A stretch of DNA of 64,000 nt from Candidatus Binatia bacterium (GTDB taxonomy: Bacteria; Desulfobacterota; Binatia; HRBIN30), in assembly GCA_038245295.1 (NCBI GenBank), contig JBBRSP010000001.1, forward strand, positions 64,001 through 128,000, written 5' to 3'. A model generated the notes under the pieces. It was not told where the DNA came from, did not search any database, and worked only from the letters and a program-made list of their open reading frames with translations. Positions 57,649 through 64,000 of this stretch are shown here, piece after piece. Position numbers and translations under genes: made by a program. Within the stretch, counting starts at the first letter, position 1; every line of letters starts with the position of its first letter.

Positions 57649-58500
57649 TTATCGAGCCAGACGCTTGGCCGCGGTGAGCGTGTTCTGCATCAGCATGGCG
57701 ATGGTCATTGGTCCGACACCGCCGGGAACCGGGGTTATATGCGACGCCCTCTCCTTGGCCACCGCAAATTCGACGTCGCCAAGCAACTTGCCGTTCTGCT
57801 GACGGTTGATGCCGACATCGATCACTACGCTCCCCGGTTTCACCCAGTCGCCACGGATGAGCTCGGTGCGCCCGATCGCGGCGATCAGCACATCGGCGCG
57901 CGCCACCTCGGCGGCGATGTCGCGTGTGCGCGAGTGACAGATGGTCACTGTGGCGTGACGCTCGAGCAGCATGAAGGCGATCGGCTTGCCGACCAGAGTG
58001 CTGCGACCGCAAATCACCGCTTGGGCTCCCTTGAGACCGATGCCGGTGCTGTCCAGCAGGTGCATGACGCCAAGCGGCGTACACGGGCGCATGCCGTCGC
58101 GCCCTTGCACCAGGCGGGCCTGGCTGATGGGGTGTAACCCGTCGACATCCTTGCTCGGGGCGATCGCCTCGATGATCGCGTCGGAATCGATATGACTCGG
58201 CAGTGGCAACTGCACCAGGATTCCGTGCACCTGATCGTCGCCGTTCAGGCGTTCGACCAACGCCAACAATTCGCCTTGCGTGATGTCAGCGGTGAATTCG
58301 AACGGATGTGAGACGATGCCGACTTCTTCGCACGCTTTGCGCTTGCCACGAACATAGGTGTGCGAGGCGGGATCGGCACCGACCAGCACAGTCGCCAGGC
58401 CGGGAGCGAAGCCGTGGACGGCGCGGAACTCGGCGACGTCACGTTTTACGGTCGCTCGGACGTCCGCCGCGGCCGCCTTGCCATCAATGATCTGCGCCAT
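57649..58500 (-). CDS. folD: Methylene-THF dehydrogenase/cyclohydrolase
   Basis: [30 protein letters not shown]. Confidence 0.98.
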   Translation of the reverse strand: MAQIIDGKAAAADVRATVKRDVAEFRAVHGFAPGLATVLVGADPASHTYVRGKRKACEEVGIVSHPFEFTADITQGELLALVERLNGDDQVHGILVQLPLPSHIDSDAIIEAIAPSKDVDGLHPISQARLVQGRDGMRPCTPLGVMHLLDSTGIGLKGAQAVICGRSTLVGKPIAFMLLERHATVTICHSRTRDIAAEVARADVLIAAIGRTELIRGDWVKPGSVVIDVGINRQQNGKLLGDVEFAVAKERASHITPVPGGVGPMTIAMLMQNTLTAAKRLAR

Positions 58501-58538
58501 CGACGGGCCGCATAGTCAATGCGACCCGTCGAGTAAAC
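58500..58538 (-). promoter_or_regulatory. Putative leaderless folD-gcv promoter overlapped by a 14-bp inverted repeat
   Basis: TTTACT-N17-TATGCG-N8-ATG; inverted repeat TCGACGGGCCGCAT-agtca-ATGCGACCCGTCGA. Confidence 0.55.
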
Positions 58539-58579
58539 GGGGTGTTTTGGAACGGATACCTGCCCTGGTCGTAGGGATG

Positions 58580-59071
58580 TTACGCCTTCTTGGCCTTCTT
58601 ACGCTTCGCCTTCGTGCCGGTGCTGGCGCCTGAGCGCAGCGTCACCACGGGACAACCGGCTTTGCGCACAACGTTCTCGGCGATGCTGCCGATCATCACG
58701 TGCATGAGTCCGGTGCGGCCATGCGTTCCCATGACGATCATGTCGACCTTCAGCTTCTTGGCACTGTCGACGATGGCGGATGCCGGCGCGCCGGTACGCA
58801 TCAACGCTCGCGCCTTGATCTTGCGTTTCAGTAAGCCGGCTTCGATGTGCGCCAGTTGGTCTCGGCCCGCCTTGCGCTGCTCGTCGATCAGGACGGTCAG
58901 GTTGGGGCTCGTGGCATACATGTCGGCCGCCGACGCGTAGTAGATCGGTTCGAGGACGTACAAAACGATGATCTCAGGACCAAACGGTTTGGTGAGCTCG
59001 ATCGCGTAATCGAGTGCAGCGATCGAGTCGTCGGAAAAATCGATAGGGACGAGAACGGTCTTGGGCGCCAT
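58580..59071 (-). CDS. Universal stress protein (UspA family)
   Basis: VLVPIDFS, IVMGTHGRTG...GS.AE.VVR.A.CPV; SD AGGAG. Confidence 0.93.
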   Translation of the reverse strand: MAPKTVLVPIDFSDDSIAALDYAIELTKPFGPEIIVLYVLEPIYYASAADMYATSPNLTVLIDEQRKAGRDQLAHIEAGLLKRKIKARALMRTGAPASAIVDSAKKLKVDMIVMGTHGRTGLMHVMIGSIAENVVRKAGCPVVTLRSGASTGTKAKRKKAKKA

Positions 59072-59253
59072 CAGGATCTCCTTTGCCTGAGCGCTAGGTA
59101 TCACCGGATCCTGATAGGTGCGACCCCTGGGCGTGCGACGGTGCGCGAAGGGACCGTCGATCTCTTTTCGAGAGCAGGAGGTCGAGATCCGTCCACCGAC
59201 TTCAAATTGGCAGGCGACCCGAGTATGAGCACGCCTGACGGAGGAGCGACGCA

Positions 59254-60462
59254 ATGCTGAAAGTCCTGGAAGGTGTGCGACTCGTCGAGATTGCCGAATG
59301 GTTCTTCGTGCCCGGCGCCGGCACGGTGCTGGCCGACTGGGGTGTCGATGTGATCAAGATCGAGCATCCGGTGCGTGGTGATCCGCTGCGTGGCCTGATC
59401 AGCTCGGGCATGATTCCGGGCGCCCAGGGGCCCAATTTCTTTGTCGAGAACGGCAGCCGCAACAAGCGCAGCGTCGGACTCGATCTCACCAGCGACGCCG
59501 GCCGTGACGTGCTCTACCGCTTGGTTGAGAAGGCCGACGTGGTGCTCACCAGCTTCCTGCCGCCGGCGCGTCGCCGCCTCAAGATCGATGTCGACGATCT
59601 CCGCAAGATCAATCCCAAGCTGATCTATGCGCGCGGCTCGGGGCAGGGGCCGAAAGGTCCGGAGGCCGAACGCGGCGGGTTTGACGCCGGCTCCTTCTGG
59701 TCGCGCGGTGGTATCGCGCACATGCTTACCGAGCCAGGCAAAGCGCCGATCATGCAACGCGCCGCGTTTGGCGACACGATCGGCGCCACGTTCATTGCCG
59801 GCGGCATCGCGGCGGCGTTGTATCACCGTGAAAAGACCGGTCAGCCGACGGTGATCGACGTGTCGCTCCTTGGGACCGCGTGCTGGCTGATGGCGCCCGA
59901 CATCCTGGGATCGATTGTGATGGGCCGCGATTTGCCGCATTCCGATCGCAGCCGCGCTCCGAATCCTCTGATGAACACCTACCTGTGCAAGGACGACAAG
60001 TGGCTGATGCTGATGATGCTGACGCCGATGCGTCACTGGGACGAGTTCTGCAAGGCCATCGAACGCGAAGACCTGCTGCAAGAGTATCCGTTGATGAAGT
60101 GGATCGATGAGCAGGTCCGTTTTCAGTTGGTCGGCATTCTCAATGAGCACTTCGCCAAACGCTCGCGTCAGGAATGGATGGATCGATTGCTGCAGTTCGA
60201 CACCATCCACGCTCCCGTACAGACCCCCACCGAGATCCGCAGCGACCCACAGGTTCTCGAGAACGGCTATCTCGTCGACTACACCCACCCGACACACGGC
60301 CCGTTCAAAGTCGTGTCGAGCCCGGTGCAGTTCGACCAGCAGCCGACCGACGTCCGGCGCATTGCGCCGGACACGGGGCAGGACACGGAAGATGTCCTCA
60401 TCGAGTATGGTTTCTCCTGGGAGGACATCGGTGCTCTGAAAGAACAGGGCGTCGTTTCGTAA
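59254..60462 (+). CDS. Family III CoA-transferase (CaiB/BaiF)
   Basis: LADWGVDVIKIEHP..GD..R, RNKRS..LDL, NPKLIYA, GFD. Confidence 0.92.
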   Translation: MLKVLEGVRLVEIAEWFFVPGAGTVLADWGVDVIKIEHPVRGDPLRGLISSGMIPGAQGPNFFVENGSRNKRSVGLDLTSDAGRDVLYRLVEKADVVLTSFLPPARRRLKIDVDDLRKINPKLIYARGSGQGPKGPEAERGGFDAGSFWSRGGIAHMLTEPGKAPIMQRAAFGDTIGATFIAGGIAAALYHREKTGQPTVIDVSLLGTACWLMAPDILGSIVMGRDLPHSDRSRAPNPLMNTYLCKDDKWLMLMMLTPMRHWDEFCKAIEREDLLQEYPLMKWIDEQVRFQLVGILNEHFAKRSRQEWMDRLLQFDTIHAPVQTPTEIRSDPQVLENGYLVDYTHPTHGPFKVVSSPVQFDQQPTDVRRIAPDTGQDTEDVLIEYGFSWEDIGALKEQGVVS

Positions 60463-60499
60463 GACGCATGTGCCGCCGGATTGTGCTACGGGCTCGGCG

Positions 60500-61294
60500 A
60501 TGTCTCTGAGCAATCTGCGCATCGTTCTCGTTCGTCCGAAAGGCGCCGCCAACGTCGGAGCCGCGGCTCGGGCGATGAAGAACATGGGTGTGCATCGCCT
60601 CCTGCTGGTGCAACCGCGCGCCGTCAAAGAGTTCTGGGCCAAGGCGATGGCCGTACACGCGGCCGACGTCCTCGAGGCGACCGTCGAAGTCGCCTCGCTG
60701 GCGGAAGCCGTTGCCGGTTGCGGCCTGGTCGTCGGTACGACGTGCCGCGATGGCTCGTATCGAGCCGCCGCCGAACCACCGCGGCAGTTGGCGCCGCGCA
60801 TCGTCGCGGCGGCGGCGCAGAACGACGTGGCGCTGGTCTTCGGCCCTGAAGACCACGGCCTCAGCAACGAGGAGCTGAAGGCGTGTCATCAGCTCATCCG
60901 CATTCCCACCGGTACGGAGTACTCCTCGCTCAATCTCGCCCAAGCGGTCCTGGTGTGTTGTTACGAAGTATTCATCGCTGCCCAGGCGCCGGTTGCGGTA
61001 CCCGAGGCGGTACCCGAGTTGGCGGATGCGGCGCGGGTCGAGTTCATGTTCGAGCGTCTGAAGACCGCCTTTCTCCGGATCGGCTACCTGCACGCCTCCA
61101 ACCCGGATCACATCCTGTTCACGTACCGCCGTCTGCTGGGCCGCTCGCAGTTGGCAGAACGCGACGTGCGTATCCTGCTGGCCCTGGCTCGTCAAATCGA
61201 GTGGTACGCTGATGGTGGTTGGAAGCAGATGACGGGTAGGGGAGCGACACAACCGACGGGTGACGCCGACGCCGACGACGAGGCGATGGTGTAG
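60500..61294 (+). CDS. trmJ: TrmJ/LasT family SPOUT tRNA methyltransferase
   Basis: NVGAAARAMKNMG, VFGPED.GLSNEEL, YSSLNLAQAV. Confidence 0.9.
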   Translation: MSLSNLRIVLVRPKGAANVGAAARAMKNMGVHRLLLVQPRAVKEFWAKAMAVHAADVLEATVEVASLAEAVAGCGLVVGTTCRDGSYRAAAEPPRQLAPRIVAAAAQNDVALVFGPEDHGLSNEELKACHQLIRIPTGTEYSSLNLAQAVLVCCYEVFIAAQAPVAVPEAVPELADAARVEFMFERLKTAFLRIGYLHASNPDHILFTYRRLLGRSQLAERDVRILLALARQIEWYADGGWKQMTGRGATQPTGDADADDEAMV

Positions 61295-61296
61295 CG

Positions 61297-61509
61297 ATGG
61301 CCGTCATTGTTCCCTTTCAAGAACGCAAACGGGCGCGCGAGCGTGAACGTGAACAAGAGTACACGCAGCGCTGCGTCGAGATCCTCGAGCTCAATCTCCA
61401 GATGGCGCTGCGACTGTTTCACGAAGCCCCCAACGAAGAGCGCTCTCTCTACTCGCGACGCATCCGTCTTCTCGGCGAGTTGCTCGATTACGCAACGCGG
61501 CTGCTGTGA
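61297..61509 (+). CDS. Small helical hypothetical protein (70 aa)
   Basis: Fills the gap exactly: 2 nt after the trmJ stop, GTGA overlap with rmuC. Confidence 0.7.
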   Translation: MAVIVPFQERKRAREREREQEYTQRCVEILELNLQMALRLFHEAPNEERSLYSRRIRLLGELLDYATRLL

Positions 61510-62519
61510 GCTACCCGATCGATCCGCTCATCCTGATCGCGGCGTTTGCCGTCATCTTCCTTGCCCTGATCCTTGTCCTCGTCGTGCTGCTGCAGACGAT
61601 CCGCCATCGCCTAGAAACCATCGAGGCGGCGCGCGCCGCCGATCGCGCGCCATTGCTGCTGCAGGAGCAAGTCGAAGCGTTGCGCGAGCACGTCGGCAAA
61701 CGCCTCGATCGTACGGCCGATGTAGTGGGCTCGGTGCAGCGCAGCCTCGGCACCCTGGAAGAGGCGAATCGACGCATCTTCGAGGTCGGCAAGGACCTCG
61801 CTTCGTTGCAACAGATCCTGCGCGGACCGAAAGCGCGCGGCGGGTTAGGCGAGTTGCTCCTGGAAGACCTGTTGCGCGAGCTGTTGCCGGCCGAGCACGT
61901 GCGCACCCAGCACGCCTTTCGCTCGGGTGAGCGCGTCGATGCCGCCATTTCGCTGGGTGGGCGATTGGTCTCGATCGACGCCAAGTTTCCTCTCGAAAAC
62001 TTCCGTCGCTTGCTCGACGCCAGTGATGACGATCTCCGGTTGCGGACGCGCAAGGCGTTCGTCGCCGACGTCAAGCGCCACATCGACGCGATCGCGCGCA
62101 AATACATCGTGCCCGACGAAGGCACCTACGATTTTGCTTTGATGTACATCCCGGCGGAGAACGTCTTCTATGAGACGATCGTGCGCGAAGCCGGCGACGG
62201 CTCCGATTTGTCGGACTATGCGCTGCGGCAACGCGTCATCCCCGTCTCGCCCGGAAGTTTCTTTGCCTACCTGCAGGTCATCGTGCTTGGGCTGCGGGGC
62301 CTGCGCGTCGAGGAACGGGCACAAGAGATTCTCGTGCAGCTGACGCGCTTGCAGGACGAGTTCGGCCGGCTCGGTGACGATGTACGCCTCGTCGGCCGCC
62401 ATCTTGGTAACGCCAACGCCAGCCTGGCCGCTGTCGACAAGCGGCTGGAGCGCTTATCGGCTCGCTTCAGCAATCTGCAAGATGCCGAGGGCGCGGTGCC
62501 AAAGGCGGAGGCGGAGTGA
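61506..62519 (+). CDS. rmuC: DNA recombination protein RmuC family
   Basis: N-terminal TM helix and coiled coil; K.RG.LGE..LE, RVDA, IDAKFP, DFALMYIPAE, PVSP. Confidence 0.9.
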   Translation: MSYPIDPLILIAAFAVIFLALILVLVVLLQTIRHRLETIEAARAADRAPLLLQEQVEALREHVGKRLDRTADVVGSVQRSLGTLEEANRRIFEVGKDLASLQQILRGPKARGGLGELLLEDLLRELLPAEHVRTQHAFRSGERVDAAISLGGRLVSIDAKFPLENFRRLLDASDDDLRLRTRKAFVADVKRHIDAIARKYIVPDEGTYDFALMYIPAENVFYETIVREAGDGSDLSDYALRQRVIPVSPGSFFAYLQVIVLGLRGLRVEERAQEILVQLTRLQDEFGRLGDDVRLVGRHLGNANASLAAVDKRLERLSARFSNLQDAEGAVPKAEAE

Positions 62520-63883
62520 GACGGCGAGTTGCGGCGCTTGTCTGTTTGTTGTCGTGGCTGCCCGCCGCCGCGCTTGCCCTGACCGCCGCGGAGGAGCAGC
62601 AGCTCGGCCGACAGTTCGAGCTGCGGTCGCGATCGACCTTGCCGCTGGTCGACGATGTCGAAGTCAACGCCTACATTACGCGCCTCGGCGAACGCATCGT
62701 CGCGACGCTGAAGGATCAGCCCTTCCGTTACCGATTCTTCGTCATCAATGACGCGCGTATCAACGCCTTCGCCGTGCCCGGCGGAGCCATCTATGTGAAT
62801 TCAGGATTGCTGATGACGGCGGCGTCGGATGATGAGGTTGCCGGTGTTCTGGCGCACGAAGTGGCGCACGTCCACAACCATCACCTTGGCCGCCAACAGG
62901 ACGCTACCAAGGCTCTGAATTACGCGACTCTCCTCGGTGTCCTCCTCACCGTCGTACAGCCGGCGGTCGGCGCCGGCGCCGCCGCGATCGGTGCGGCGAC
63001 GCAGCTGCAGTATCGTCGCGAGTTTGAACAAGAGGCCGACTTTGCCGGCGCGCGGTACACCCACGCGGCCGGCTTCGCCCCCGGCGCCATGCTGTCCTTC
63101 TTTCGCAAGATGATGGCGCAGCAGGGCCGCAGCGGGGCGGCGCAGACGCCGTACTTGTTGACCCATCCGTTGACCGAAGTCCGTCTCGATCACCTCGAGG
63201 CCACCCTGCGAGCCCAGAAGTGGGAAGGTATCGCGGCAACCCCGGGCGGGTTGAATCTGGCGAATGTGCAGGTCTTGGTGCGCTCGCGTGCCGAGCCGGC
63301 GCAAACAGTTGTCGCCGACTATCGTCGCCAGGCGGAGGCCCAGCCCAGCAACCCGACGGCTTCGTACTTGCTCGGCCGCGCGTACTTCGAAGCCGGCATG
63401 TTCGATAGTGCTCTGGCTTCGCTTGAGACGGCGCGTGCCGCGGGGTTGGGCGTCGCCGAGGCCGAGCGTGGTCGCACACTTCTGCGCCTGCGTCAGTTCG
63501 AAGCCGCGCGCACGGCGCTCAAGAACGCCGTCGAAGCCGAACCGGACGATGCGGTGGCGCACGCCGACCTCGCCAAGGTGCTCTCGATTCTCGGCGACGA
63601 TGCTGGCGCACGCCGCGAGTACGAGTCCGCGGTGAAGATCGCGCCGCGTTTCGAAGCGGCACACTACGAGTTGGGCCAGCTCGCCGGTCGCGCCGGCCAC
63701 GTCGCCGACGGTTACTATCATCTGGGTGTGGCTTTGCTGCTGCGGGGCGACCTGCGCAGCGCCGCCAACCAGTTCGACAAAACGCTACCTCTACTCGATG
63801 CCAACGATCCGCGTGTCGCCGAGGTGAAAGCGACACTCACCGACCTCGCGCCCCTGATCGACCGGCCGGTGCCGACGCCGTGA
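62516..63883 (+). CDS. M48 family metalloprotease with TPR repeats (BepA/YfgC-like)
   Basis: Signal peptide; INAFAVPGG, HEVAH, EQEAD, LLTHP; C-terminal TPR repeats. Confidence 0.92.
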   Translation: MRRRVAALVCLLSWLPAAALALTAAEEQQLGRQFELRSRSTLPLVDDVEVNAYITRLGERIVATLKDQPFRYRFFVINDARINAFAVPGGAIYVNSGLLMTAASDDEVAGVLAHEVAHVHNHHLGRQQDATKALNYATLLGVLLTVVQPAVGAGAAAIGAATQLQYRREFEQEADFAGARYTHAAGFAPGAMLSFFRKMMAQQGRSGAAQTPYLLTHPLTEVRLDHLEATLRAQKWEGIAATPGGLNLANVQVLVRSRAEPAQTVVADYRRQAEAQPSNPTASYLLGRAYFEAGMFDSALASLETARAAGLGVAEAERGRTLLRLRQFEAARTALKNAVEAEPDDAVAHADLAKVLSILGDDAGARREYESAVKIAPRFEAAHYELGQLAGRAGHVADGYYHLGVALLLRGDLRSAANQFDKTLPLLDANDPRVAEVKATLTDLAPLIDRPVPTP

Positions 63884-64000
63884 ACACGCAGGTTTTCAGT
63901 TGCGTAGGGTGGCGCTGGCATCACCCCCGAACACGTCCGTGTAAGACACCTGCTTTCACCCGCCCTTGTTGACTGAGCGTTGCCACGCTGGCAACCAAAG

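Noticed and set aside
56552..58084. Long N-terminal extensions of GcvT (also HisD, MoaC, Usp, LLM, ArsA1) in the ORF track
   Set aside because: Extensions overlap upstream genes or promoters; homology begins at downstream start codons
59101..60867. 588-aa minus-strand ORF
   Set aside because: Antisense shadow of the CoA-transferase and trmJ; expected in high-GC DNA
1..64000. CRISPR array, tRNA, rRNA, transposase, prophage
   Set aside because: No regularly spaced repeats, cloverleaf motifs or relevant ORFs seen by eye; intergenic gaps are under 400 nt

Overview
High-GC (about 60-65% by eye) bacterial chromosomal window. Gene order and the style of the secreted proteins suggest a deltaproteobacterial-type organism, possibly Ca. 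Binatia (inference only). Housekeeping blocks: glpK; rpmE-prfA-prmC-murA-hisDBHAF; trxB; moaC; an RlmD-family methyltransferase; an orphan rsmH; folD-gcvT-gcvH-gcvPA-gcvPB; tatA; trmJ-rmuC-BepA-like protease. Between them lies a large dispersed cell-envelope glycosylation set: five GT-C-type polytopic membrane proteins (several fused to PA14-like or NHL domains, one TIGR03663/Agl23-like), four GT2 enzymes (three of polyprenyl-phosphate-sugar synthase type), SAM methyltransferases, a sulfotransferase, an RmlC-like cupin and a PhyH dioxygenase. Candidate targets include a 1432-aa Thr/Pro-linker surface protein and an IPTL-CTERM-like protein. Also present: a truncated GH78 rhamnosidase missed by the ORF track (927 to <1), a Zn/Mn uptake cluster with no binding protein, a complementary-degenerate ArsA/Get3 ATPase pair near a phasin-like gene and glpK, a GTAG-type REPIN and other intergenic palindromes, and a recurring leaderless promoter architecture whose -10 often lacks the final T. 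No rRNA, tRNA, CRISPR array, transposase or prophage was recognised. Many start codons were moved downstream of the ORF-track maxima.
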